From IMG/VR virus record IMGVR_UViG_3300025782_000006: a stretch of 54,252 nt of DNA. One strand, written 5' to 3'. The stretch is from an uncultured virus (IMG/VR IMGVR_UViG_3300025782_000006). Its lineage: Duplodnaviria; Heunggongvirae; Uroviricota; Caudoviricetes. Both the position numbers and the translations under genes were made by a program. Below are positions 18,325 to 28,300 of the stretch, piece after piece. The notes under the pieces were generated by a model, which was given only the letters and a program-made list of their open reading frames with translations, had not been told where the DNA came from and did no database searches. Every line of letters starts with the position of its first letter. Within the stretch, counting starts at the first letter, position 1.

Positions 18325-19698
18325 ATGGCAGTCCAATTTGCTTATGATGCACAAGTACGTAGATTTATAGTACAATTTATACGTATGCTTTCAAATTTCC
18401 AAGTAGAATTTGGACAAGATTCTAGCGGCAACAAAACACTACAAACTGTTCCTATCTACTACGGCGATCAAAGTCGACAAGCATCAATGATTCTACGTGG
18501 TAACAGTGAAAACACACTCAATGCGGTGCCTGCCATGGCCACATATATCAGTGGATTAACATATGATCGTGATCGTGTATTGAATCCCAGCTTTGAAGGC
18601 AGTATTCGTGTTAGGGAACAAATTTATGATCAGTCCTCGCAGGCCTATACGGGCACACAGGATGGCCTATACACCGTAGAACGCTTAATGCCTGCTCCAT
18701 ACAAATTGACCATGAAGGTTGATATTTGGACTAGCAATACAGATCAAAAACATCAACTGTTTGAACAAATTGCTCCCTTGTTTAATCCTGCACTTGAAAT
18801 TCAAAACTCAGACAACTATGTTGATTGGGGAAGTTTAAGTGCTGTGTTCTTGACTGATGTTTCATATACAAATCGTAGTGTACCAATGGGCGGTGATGAC
18901 ACTACCATTGATATTATGACCATGACATTTGAAATGCCTATTTGGATTAGCTTGCCAAGTAAAGTTAAGAAGATGGGTGTTGTGGCGCAAATTATTGCTA
19001 GCTTATATAGTCCAGAAGGCGGACTAAGTCCAGATGTAATAGAAACCTTAGATGGATTGGTAAGCCAACAAAAATTCAGCCCTATGAATTACGATGTAGT
19101 CTACATGGGAAATACCTTAACACTTTACACAGCCGCTAACGATACCGACGGAGTGGTAAATGGTGCTCCAGCTAAATGGGATGGTTTAGTTAACATTTAT
19201 GGTCAATTGACCAACGGTATCAGTCAAGTACGCTTACAGTTTGACCACATCGATGGTCCGCATGAAGTAGTGGGTACTGTAGCTTACGATCCAACTGATA
19301 GTTCTAGTTTATTGTTTACTCCCATTGCCGCAACGTTACCCACAAATACATTAGCGCCAGTTACAGCTATTATCGATCCCCGTAATGTTACAGTTAATAG
19401 CAACATTTTAACCCCTGCAACAGGAACAAGATATTTGATCTTAAATCCAATTGGCGGTGTAGATTCTGAATCTGCTGTAGCATGGGCTGGTCCACCAGGT
19501 ACCAATTTAATTGCTCGTGCAAACGATATTATTCAATGGAACGGTAGTTATTGGACTGTGTCTTTTGACAGCACCAATTCTACTGTACAATATGTAACAA
19601 ATCTAAATACCACAGTACAATATTATTGGGATGGTTCAGTTTGGAACAAGAGTGTTGAAGGCTTGTATAAACCCGGCCAATGGAGTTTAGTACTCTAA
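18325..19698 (+). CDS. gp15: Tail sheath stabilizer/terminator (T4 gp15-like) with C-terminal extension
   Basis: YDAQVRRFIVQF, VPIYYG, LTYDRDR, MPAPYKL, QLFEQIAPLFNP. Confidence 0.8.
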   Translation: MAVQFAYDAQVRRFIVQFIRMLSNFQVEFGQDSSGNKTLQTVPIYYGDQSRQASMILRGNSENTLNAVPAMATYISGLTYDRDRVLNPSFEGSIRVREQIYDQSSQAYTGTQDGLYTVERLMPAPYKLTMKVDIWTSNTDQKHQLFEQIAPLFNPALEIQNSDNYVDWGSLSAVFLTDVSYTNRSVPMGGDDTTIDIMTMTFEMPIWISLPSKVKKMGVVAQIIASLYSPEGGLSPDVIETLDGLVSQQKFSPMNYDVVYMGNTLTLYTAANDTDGVVNGAPAKWDGLVNIYGQLTNGISQVRLQFDHIDGPHEVVGTVAYDPTDSSSLLFTPIAATLPTNTLAPVTAIIDPRNVTVNSNILTPATGTRYLILNPIGGVDSESAVAWAGPPGTNLIARANDIIQWNGSYWTVSFDSTNSTVQYVTNLNTTVQYYWDGSVWNKSVEGLYKPGQWSLVL

Positions 19699-20129
19699 TG
19701 TTAGCAACTAATACCGAAGGGGTTGGCGCACTAGTCTACGCCAAACACACTAACCGTTATCTTTTCTTGTTAAGAAATAAACATCGTCAGCAGGGTTTCT
19801 GGGGTATACCTGGGGGCAAACTTGAAGCGGGTGAAACTGTAATACAAGGACTGGTTAGAGAAATACAAGAAGAAATTGGGGTCGACTACTCCAAGAAAAA
19901 GTTTATCCCTTTAGAAACATTTACAGCAGATAACGAAAAATTTGTTTACTATACATTTTTAGTTACAGTGGATCACGAGTTTGTTCCTACACTAAACGAC
20001 GAACACCGTGGTTATTGTTGGGTAGAGATGAAAGACCATCCAAAGCCCTTGCATCCAGGACTGTGGCGTAGTTTTAACTTTGATATTATTAAAAAGAAAA
20101 TTAAGACTTTAGAATCTATTCTAAATTAA
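19698..20129 (+). CDS. NUDIX hydrolase
   Basis: Nudix box GGKLEAGETVIQGLVREIQEEIG. Start placed at the TAATG overlap at 19698. Confidence 0.92.
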   Translation: MLATNTEGVGALVYAKHTNRYLFLLRNKHRQQGFWGIPGGKLEAGETVIQGLVREIQEEIGVDYSKKKFIPLETFTADNEKFVYYTFLVTVDHEFVPTLNDEHRGYCWVEMKDHPKPLHPGLWRSFNFDIIKKKIKTLESILN

Positions 20130-20539
20130 CTGCTGGCCAATAGTATTTCAATTAGTTGACTACCAGAGTCTACTGTAGAACTTTCAATTGCACGTCCAAT
20201 AATTGATCCTGTTGACATAGACCAACCTGGAATATTGTTAGCTAGATTAGTAGCACTTACTCCTCTACCAGATGCCCCGATCATAATTAAATCACCCTGC
20301 GCAACTGGCACATCCACTTCAATTTGAATGCGACCAGCAACAGCCACTAATACAACATTTGAGCCTGTTAGATCAGCGTTTAGTACCTGTTCTGCTGTGT
20401 CTGTTACTACTCCAGCGATAGCTGTAGTCTGTGCTTGACCAGATGCTGTGGTCACTTCATTGTTACCGCCAAATATTACTGGAGTTCCTGGACCGTATGA
20501 TGCATCTGCTTGAAATTTTACTGCTAGTGTAGCTGACAT
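20126..20539 (-). CDS. Free-standing tail-fibre chaperone-like domain (peptidase G2/intramolecular chaperone type)
   Basis: Aligns by eye over its full length to the C-terminal domains of 21291-22832 and 24239-25240 (PGTxVxFGG..E(V/I)T...AGVV...VAxxGR...GD...IGxA). Confidence 0.65.
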   Translation of the reverse strand: MSATLAVKFQADASYGPGTPVIFGGNNEVTTASGQAQTTAIAGVVTDTAEQVLNADLTGSNVVLVAVAGRIQIEVDVPVAQGDLIMIGASGRGVSATNLANNIPGWSMSTGSIIGRAIESSTVDSGSQLIEILLASS

Positions 20540-20543
20540 TATA

Positions 20544-21290
20544 TTATCCTATATCTGCTTCAAGGACAAAATCACGATATGTAATTTGTCTAAAGTTAAT
20601 TAATGGTGTTAATTGATCGTGTATCCAATGTGTTGAGTCTGGCATTACTCGAACAAACTCAACGTTACTATAAGTCGTAACCACATCAGACAATGATAAT
20701 ATAAAAGCTACACCGTTGTCAGTGTCAGTGCTTGCAGGGTAGCCATTTGTGTCTGAGTAGACGTTATTTACAGGTTCAACATCTTGGTAATGGTCGTAAC
20801 CTAGCAAGAATACTTTTTTATGTCCGTCAAAACAAGCTAGGTATGCTGCTAGTGCGCCGGCATCAAATTGAATATTTTGTGGTACCAGATAAAACTTTCC
20901 AGGATATTTTAACATTTGATCAGCAGTGGTATAAACAATATTAGCATCTGCATAACCAGAATTAGCAATTTCCTGTGTGATAGCATCACCGGTGGCAACT
21001 AAGAAGTCTGGAGTAAAGTCTCTATAGAGTGCATTACAACCATAACTTTGCAATTTGTCGGCACCAAGTACTCCGCCACGATGGCGAGCAATATGACCTA
21101 GATCAAACCCTAAGCGGCTTGTCCCGTTGCCAATTGCAACTGCTTGGTTAGTGGTGTGAGTGTTGATAACAGAGTTTGGTACAAATTCTGTTTCAGGATT
21201 CCATTCGCCGTCAGCTAGTGTAAGCTGAGTAACAATGTTTTCACCAGCGTAGTTTGATCGGTAAATCTGCTTTAGTTTTTGCTGTGCCAT
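20544..21290 (-). CDS. Maf/DUF115/Cst-II-like nucleotide-sugar transferase-fold protein
   Basis: AIGNGTSR, YGCNALYRDF.PDFLVA, AGALAAYLA..DGHKKVFLLGYD. Confidence 0.55.
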   Translation of the reverse strand: MAQQKLKQIYRSNYAGENIVTQLTLADGEWNPETEFVPNSVINTHTTNQAVAIGNGTSRLGFDLGHIARHRGGVLGADKLQSYGCNALYRDFTPDFLVATGDAITQEIANSGYADANIVYTTADQMLKYPGKFYLVPQNIQFDAGALAAYLACFDGHKKVFLLGYDHYQDVEPVNNVYSDTNGYPASTDTDNGVAFILSLSDVVTTYSNVEFVRVMPDSTHWIHDQLTPLINFRQITYRDFVLEADIG

Positions 21291-22832
21291 TTAAAATCTT
21301 CCCACGACCACTTCTATGGTCTTTATAGTATTAGTATTTATCGATTCTAGTGCTTTACCCACCACACAACCAGGTATAAATTGATCGTTGCTGATAGCTT
21401 GAGCTACTCCAACAGTTGTACTAGTAACTAAAACTTGGCCCTTTGTAACTGGGCCCTGTACTTGGCACGGAACACGTCCTGTCATTGCTACTGGTAAACC
21501 CGGGGTTGATCCGTTCATTAGATAAGCAGGATTAGTGGATATAACACCAGCAACTCGTGGATCATGGCTTTGTGTAGTTACTGTAATTTCTTGTTCTCCA
21601 CCAAATACTACTACAGTACCTGGTGAGTATTCCGCATCTGCGGTGTAATTTTCTGCTAAGTCAGCGTACTGTGCGTGAATAGCTGTGCCGTATACTGTTG
21701 ACCACCAAGCAGTAGTTGATCCCAAATTATAAGTAACGTTAGCTGACGGTATAATATTTTGACCGGTTAGTGTAGTGGATATTGTTGCTCCGCCGTTAGC
21801 AGTATTAGCCAATGTCATGACTTGTGTACCACCTGCAGAAAACTGCATTTGATCGCCTGTTACTGCATATAAAATACGACCGCGGTAATCAGCATTTGGT
21901 AAACCAAAATCCACAATACCGCCGGTTGATGGTGTTGCAGTAAGTCTAATTTGTGCATAGTTGCTGTTTGTCCCAGCAAATACACCAGTGGTAGTCGGAT
22001 AACCGCCAATGTAGTTTGTTACGCCAAGACCATAAATTGGAGACGTTCCTATACCAACGTTTCCTGTTGATAAACTAGTTAATGTTCCCAAACTTGTGAT
22101 ATTAGGTTGTGAAGCTGTACTTAGTGTGCCACTCAATGTAGTTGCTGATACAGTACTAGCCGAAATACCACTACTAACATATAAATTACCACCTATGCCA
22201 GTACCACCTTGTACCACTAATGCACCAGTAGTAGATGATGTTGATGTAGTAGTTGCACCAACAACTACGTTGCCGCCTAGAGGATTAAGAATAATTGGAT
22301 AGTATGTTGCATTTCCTGAATATCCACTTTGTATCCATTGTCCGTATTGATTAGCAGCACCATTACCCGGATATTGGCCTAATGTTAAGTAGTTGGATCC
22401 AGATCCGCTTAAAACTGTGTGAGCACCAACCAGTATTGACCCCGCTGTTGGGGCAAACTGTGATCCACTTAGTATCTGATGTTGAATTGTACTGCTGGTA
22501 GTACCTGCGTTTAAGTTGCCTGTGATTCCAACTCCGCCCAAGACTTGGAATGTACCCGAAGTTGTTGAGGTTGAACTAATGCCACTGTTTGCTACTACTG
22601 TGTTATTGGCACTATAGTACAACAAGTTAGCGGCAGCAAATGTTCCACTACTGTTATACTGAATTTGAGTTGTTACACCCGATGCACTTCCACCGCCACC
22701 GCCTGTGCTGATAACATAGCCGTTGCCTGCCCAAAATAGTCCTGTGGTAGTGTAAATACCGCCGCCAAGAGTCACATTGGAGTTGACTATTAGATTACCA
22801 AATACTTGTGTGCCGGACTGTAGTTTTGCCAT
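21291..22832 (-). CDS. Tail fibre protein with C-terminal autocleaving chaperone domain
   Basis: G/T/S-rich fibre repeats (STTTGALVVQGGTGIGGNL). C-terminal YADLAENY...GRVPC...EVVVGRF. Confidence 0.8.
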   Translation of the reverse strand: MAKLQSGTQVFGNLIVNSNVTLGGGIYTTTGLFWAGNGYVISTGGGGGSASGVTTQIQYNSSGTFAAANLLYYSANNTVVANSGISSTSTTSGTFQVLGGVGITGNLNAGTTSSTIQHQILSGSQFAPTAGSILVGAHTVLSGSGSNYLTLGQYPGNGAANQYGQWIQSGYSGNATYYPIILNPLGGNVVVGATTTSTSSTTGALVVQGGTGIGGNLYVSSGISASTVSATTLSGTLSTASQPNITSLGTLTSLSTGNVGIGTSPIYGLGVTNYIGGYPTTTGVFAGTNSNYAQIRLTATPSTGGIVDFGLPNADYRGRILYAVTGDQMQFSAGGTQVMTLANTANGGATISTTLTGQNIIPSANVTYNLGSTTAWWSTVYGTAIHAQYADLAENYTADAEYSPGTVVVFGGEQEITVTTQSHDPRVAGVISTNPAYLMNGSTPGLPVAMTGRVPCQVQGPVTKGQVLVTSTTVGVAQAISNDQFIPGCVVGKALESINTNTIKTIEVVVGRF

Positions 22833-22848
22833 AGTTTAGTATTTATCG

Positions 22849-23778
22849 TTATAGACCGTTGGTTGGTAGGCCGTATCTAGTGGCAAAATAATTGTAGTTG
22901 TTTAATTGTTCTGCGGCGGTTAATTGTCTATTGTATAAGGCAACTGCGGCAATGTTACCACGAAAATCGCGAAGATCTCCGCTGTAACCTTCTGTGCCCA
23001 AATAGTAAGCAAAGTTGCCGGCAAATGCTCCATTTGTTGTATTGGTTCTTGCACCACCTAAAACGTTCCACCCAGATGCCAAGTTAGCATTAGTAGTGGT
23101 TGCTACACCGTTGATATAGTAAGTAGTTGTGCTGTTGGCCCAGCCATCATTGTTGTCTGGGTTTATTGTTTGCCAAGGTCCAGTTCCATTGGCATTTTGA
23201 AGACGCAGGCTCTTGTCACTACTGGTAGCATCTGTACTAGAACCGATTAATCCCACTAACCCGCTTGATGTAGATAGAGTAAAGTCAGGTTGAAATACTA
23301 TGGTACAATCAAGATAATTTTGTGTCACTGTTGTACTAATAAAGTTACCAGAGCCTGCGGTAGGGAAACGCCAGTAACTGGATTCACTGTAGGGACCGGC
23401 ACTGGTCCAAGTTACAGTACCATTCATTGTGGCATTATTGTTAGCTGTTAAATCAAATACAGGAACACTATTGCCTGTGGTTACGCCGTTACCATTAAAA
23501 CTGCTTAATTTACCAGCGTCTATGTAAGCTATTAATCCATTGGTTACTAGCATGCCAGTAACTTCATCGAACTGTCCGGCAACCTGTAAGTTACCTGATC
23601 GAAAATGTCGCATTGCTGAACCACCACCTTGATTAGTAACTTCATCTAATAAGGCAGCATAGACCACATTACCACGTGTGCTGATAGTTGACTGCGTAAC
23701 TTCGTCGAAGTAACCGTTGTAACCATTGGTTATTAGATTACCAGTTTTAGTTAACCTGGTTGTAAGAATCTTAGCCAT
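22849..23778 (-). CDS. Concanavalin A/LamG-like lectin-domain virion protein
   Basis: VTNGLIAYIDAG, FRGNIAAVALYNRQLTAAEQLNNYNYFATRYGL. Confidence 0.75.
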   Translation of the reverse strand: MAKILTTRLTKTGNLITNGYNGYFDEVTQSTISTRGNVVYAALLDEVTNQGGGSAMRHFRSGNLQVAGQFDEVTGMLVTNGLIAYIDAGKLSSFNGNGVTTGNSVPVFDLTANNNATMNGTVTWTSAGPYSESSYWRFPTAGSGNFISTTVTQNYLDCTIVFQPDFTLSTSSGLVGLIGSSTDATSSDKSLRLQNANGTGPWQTINPDNNDGWANSTTTYYINGVATTTNANLASGWNVLGGARTNTTNGAFAGNFAYYLGTEGYSGDLRDFRGNIAAVALYNRQLTAAEQLNNYNYFATRYGLPTNGL

Positions 23779-23781
23779 CAA

Positions 23782-24153
23782 TTACCCAAAGATAGTATCG
23801 AGGCTGTTGGTTGTACTATTGAACATTTGATAAACGGCGCTGGTGGTATTTCCAGACCACGTAAAGTCCACACGATTATTGACAAACACATTGCCCATTG
23901 TTAAATTGCCGTAACTTGTTACAGCAACGTTGGTGTTGGTAACTCCAGTACTACTTGTAAGAGCCACCACAACACTCTGTTGAGATTCTGACCAGTAAAG
24001 TGCTACGTTTGATACCAGACCGTTGGCGCGGTTAAATATGAATCCTACGTCTACGTTAGCCTGTGTTGAAGCTTGATGCAATACTGTCAAGGGATCTAAA
24101 AAATACTCTATATTAGTATCTAAATCCCAAATTTTTGGTCTAGTTAATCCCAT
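23782..24153 (-). CDS. Small fibre-associated structural protein
   Basis: DPLTVL...DVGFIFNR...ALYWSE resembles the N-terminal module of 25323-28823. Own late box at 24178-24184. Confidence 0.6.
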   Translation of the reverse strand: MGLTRPKIWDLDTNIEYFLDPLTVLHQASTQANVDVGFIFNRANGLVSNVALYWSESQQSVVVALTSSTGVTNTNVAVTSYGNLTMGNVFVNNRVDFTWSGNTTSAVYQMFNSTTNSLDTIFG

Positions 24154-24192
24154 TTGTTTACGTCCTGTTTTATTATGTATTTATCGCCAAAC

Positions 24193-24217
24193 AAAAAGCG
24201 CACTCGAGTGCGCTTTT
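24193..24217. terminator. Palindromic intrinsic terminator, likely bidirectional
   Basis: AAAAAGCGCACTCGAGTGCGCTTTT. Confidence 0.8.
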
Positions 24218-24238
24218 GTTACATATTTTAGTAAATGT

Positions 24239-25240
24239 TTAGAAACGACCAACAACTACTTCAATAACCGCCTTGCCGGGGAACGTAACTTCTTGCAGAG
24301 CTTTACCGATAACCTGTCCTACAGCTGGTGAATTATTAGTTTTGGCGTAGCCAAAGCCTGCCGATACCATTAAGTCGCCCTTCTTAACTGGCCCAATTAC
24401 CATACAAGGAACACGTCCTGTAAGTGCTAACGGAATAATGTTAGCTCCTGTTAGTGCGCCATTCATTAAGTGTGCTGGATTGGTAGATACTACTCCCGCT
24501 ACTGCTGTTGTATCAGCATCTGCTACAGTAACTTCTTGTGCGCCACCAAACATCAATACTGTACCTGGTGCGTATGTTTTATCAGCTTGGTAATTTTCTG
24601 CTAAGTCAGCGTATAATGCGTGTGTTGCTGTACCGTAGATATTATTCCACCAAGCTGTAGTCGAACCTAAGTTTACACTTGCGTTGGCGTTTGGAACGAT
24701 TGCAGCACTTACTGTTAATCCGCTTAATGTACCAACGCTTGTGATATTTGTTTGCGCGGCTGTTTGTAGTGTGCCAGTCAATGTTGTGCTGCTACTTGCA
24801 CCAATACTTGTTACACCACCCAGTGTTGTAATGTTTGGTTGACTTGCTGTGCTTAATGTACCGGTTAATGTTGCGCCGGTATTACCAATTGTAACAGCCT
24901 GAACTGTTGTGGCGTTGATTGTGGTTGCAGTTTCTGTGTTGACCGTTGTGGTCGTACCACTAACTGTTAAGCTACCCGCAATAACTACACCGGTACTGCT
25001 TATTGTAAGCTGAGGTATGCCTGATATGTTTGCAAAAACGTTAGTTGATGTAACTGTTACGTTACTGCTACCGCTGTAAATTTGACTTGGGTTTAGACCG
25101 CCAAATCCGTTCGCTGATGCAATAGTACCTGTACCCGTTGTACTAATATTACCTGATGTAACGATATCCCCGTTACCTGCGAAAACTACGTATGGGCCTA
25201 CTGTAAGACCATTGTGTACTGTAAAATTTGTGTTTGCCAT
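24239..25240 (-). CDS. Tail fibre protein with C-terminal autocleaving chaperone domain
   Basis: TGTLSTASQPNIT repeats. C-terminal YADLAENY...GRVPC...EVVVGRF, paralogous to 21291-22832. Confidence 0.8.
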   Translation of the reverse strand: MANTNFTVHNGLTVGPYVVFAGNGDIVTSGNISTTGTGTIASANGFGGLNPSQIYSGSSNVTVTSTNVFANISGIPQLTISSTGVVIAGSLTVSGTTTTVNTETATTINATTVQAVTIGNTGATLTGTLSTASQPNITTLGGVTSIGASSSTTLTGTLQTAAQTNITSVGTLSGLTVSAAIVPNANASVNLGSTTAWWNNIYGTATHALYADLAENYQADKTYAPGTVLMFGGAQEVTVADADTTAVAGVVSTNPAHLMNGALTGANIIPLALTGRVPCMVIGPVKKGDLMVSAGFGYAKTNNSPAVGQVIGKALQEVTFPGKAVIEVVVGRF

Positions 25241-25322
25241 CTTTTTCTCTTTTCCCCGGTTCCATATTCCCCGATAAGGATTTAATTATAGGAGTGGACC
25301 GCCCACTCCTATAAGACTACTA

Positions 25323-28300
25323 TTACAACGGTAAGTATTGTCTCCAAAGTCTTACTGTATTACCAGCATTTGCAGCAGTAAACTGTACGCTAACTGTGCT
25401 ACCACTGACGTTTGTACTCATAATACCCAAGTTACCGTTAGTGGTTAACACACCATAGGTAGTAAGTGTACTAGATGTTCCGTTTTGTACAACTAGCACT
25501 TCTTCACTTTGGAAGTTTGTACCGTTTGTGACCTGTAAAATATACTTGGCTGTACGATATGCACTAGTACTAAAACTATCAATTGTGGTTGGAGTGTTAG
25601 CACTCGCAATACTTACGTTAGCATCGTTACTTACCATGCCACCACCAATTGGAATGGTGAATACTGTGCCTGCACTACTTGTGGATACGAATGTAATACC
25701 AGCTGAGTCATCAACGTTAACTTGAGCTTTACCAGTAGCACTACTTAGACCAGTAACTGTTGATGTTGTAGTTAAAATACGAACGTCAATAACGTCACCT
25801 GTTGCTGGAGCTTCAGTAAATGTTAAAGTTGTACCGCTTACAGAATAAGCTGTTGTTGGGATCTGTACCACACCGTTGATACTAACAATAACACCAGCAG
25901 TGGTTGCTGACTGAGTTAGTGTAAACGCTGTAGTCGCGCCGTCACCGTTAAACTGATTGGAAACAATAACAGTGAACGATGTTGATGCACTTGCCCAACT
26001 TGTACCGTTGTACCACTCAATAGCACCAATTGTGCTGTTGTAACGGAACATACCTGTGGTATCTGAGAAGCCAATTGATCCTGGACGCTGTGCGTTAGTA
26101 CCAACTGGTAACAAGATAGTATCTGTTGAGTTGATTAATAACTTAGCACCGTTAACTGCTGTACTTGCTGTAGCAGAGTTACCAATAATTACAGAATCGT
26201 ATGTTGAGTTTGGACGTGCCCAAATCAATGTGTTGTTGGTAGCACCTTTGACAATAAAGTCCATACCAGCACCGTTTGAGGTGTTGAATACTGCTGATTG
26301 TCCTGCGTTAATATTACCGCTAATGCCCGCTCCGCCAACAACAACCAATGCACCAGTTGTTGTGTTTGTGCTTGCTGTGCCAGACGCAGCAACAATGTTA
26401 CCATTGTGTACGGCTGTTCCAGTTGTTGTAATATTGCTTGTAGTAATGTAACCACCGCTAATTACAGCATTACCAGTTGAGAAGTTAGTTGCTTGTAGTG
26501 TTGTTACACTTCCTGTTGTTCCATTTAAACCAGAAGCATATAACTGTCCAGCTACACCTGCGCCGCCAGCTACTGTTAGAGCGCCAGTTGTTGTACTAGA
26601 TGCTGCAGTTGTTGATTTAATAGCAACTACGTTAGAACGTGTGATACGCATTACTTCGTTGTTGGTGTTAATGCCATCAACAGTAAACACAATATCATTG
26701 TTATACCCAGTACCAAGTAATAGGTTACCGCCACCGGTTGTAGAATTACCATACACAAACAAATAAGCATCGTTTGGATTAATTAAACTGTATCCAGGAT
26801 AGTTGTATGTACCGCTAGCAATACCCATATCTAAGTATGTGTCAACATAGGTACCGTTACCAGGACTTAAGAAAATATCTGCAGATGCTAAAGGACCGTT
26901 GTTAATATTCTGTCCGTTAATAACACCGACATATTGGTTAGCATTACCAAAGGAATTAATAATTGCCATTGGTTCTGGTACATATCCGCTAGCAATACCA
27001 GCAGTAACAGCGCCTACACCAGCAGCATTACCAGTAAAGTCGGCGTATTGTGTAGTAATAGCGGTGACAGTAGCATTAATATTACCACCAACAAATAAGT
27101 TACCAGCAATATAAGCACCACCAGCTACTTGTAGTGCGCCAGTGCTAGCACCAGTATTGGTTGTGGTATTAGTAATAGAAGTAATACCACCAATGTATGT
27201 TGCACCACTAATGCCAGTACCACCAACAACTACTAAAGCACCAGTTGTTGTGCTGGTACTTGCTGTACCACTAGCAGCAACCAAGTTGCCGTTTGCAGTA
27301 GCAGTACTAGAAGTTGTTAAGGTTGTAAATGCACCAGTGCTTGCTGTGGTACTACCAATTGGAGTATTTTGAATACTGCCAGCGTAGATTGCGCCAGATA
27401 CACCAGCACCACCTGCTACTACTAAAGCACCGGTTGTTGTGTTTGTACTTGCTGTACCGGAGTTAGCAACTAAGTTACCAGCAACAATTTCAATACCGTT
27501 AACAATTTCTGTATTAGTATTGATGTATGTTAATGTTCCTGTAACGCTTAGGTTGCCTGCAATGTTTACGTTACCTGTTACACCTACGCCACCTGTAACA
27601 ACTAAAGCACCAGTTGTTGCACTTGTACTTGCTGTACCGCTAGCAGCAACAACGTTACCATTATGTGTTGTTACACCGCTAGTTGATAATGTTGTAAATG
27701 CGCCAGTTGCGGCTGTATTTGCACCAATTGCAAAGTTATCAGCATAACCTCCAGTAATGCGAGCATTACCTGAACTAAAGTTAGTTGCTTGTAGTGTTGT
27801 TATACCAGCGGCAGTAATTAAAGCATTACCAGTTGAGAAGTTAGTAAACTGGCCAGTTGTACCAGAAATACTCGTATCACCAGAAATATAACCACCAGTA
27901 ATATAAGCATTACCGGAGCTAAAGTTTGTTACTACACCGTTTGTGCCGGTAATGTTTGTGGCTTGTAGGTTAGTTAAACCAGTTGCACTACCGCTAGTAA
28001 CTAATATGTTACCAGAACTAAAGTTTGTTACTACGCCAGTTGTAGCACCCAATGTTGTTAGGCCGTTAACGGCACCGCCGGTAACTAATATGTTACCAGA
28101 ACTCAAGTTTGTTACTACACCAGTTGTACCACTGATGTTTGTAGCCTGTAAGTTAGCCAAGCCTGTAATGTAGCCACCGCTAACAACCACGTTAGGTGAG
28201 CTAAAATTAGCAGCATAAGATATTGTTGACGCCAATGAAATACCAGAAATGCTACCACCAGTAATTTGAGCATTTGATGTGCTGAAACCAGTTACGGCTG

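Noticed and set aside
22849..24153. In-frame adjacency (TAA TTG ATG) suggesting stop read-through or recoding; similarly at 21290/21291
   Set aside because: The stops are TAA, core genes are intact in the standard code, and TAG and TGA also serve as real stops. Tight packing explains the adjacency.
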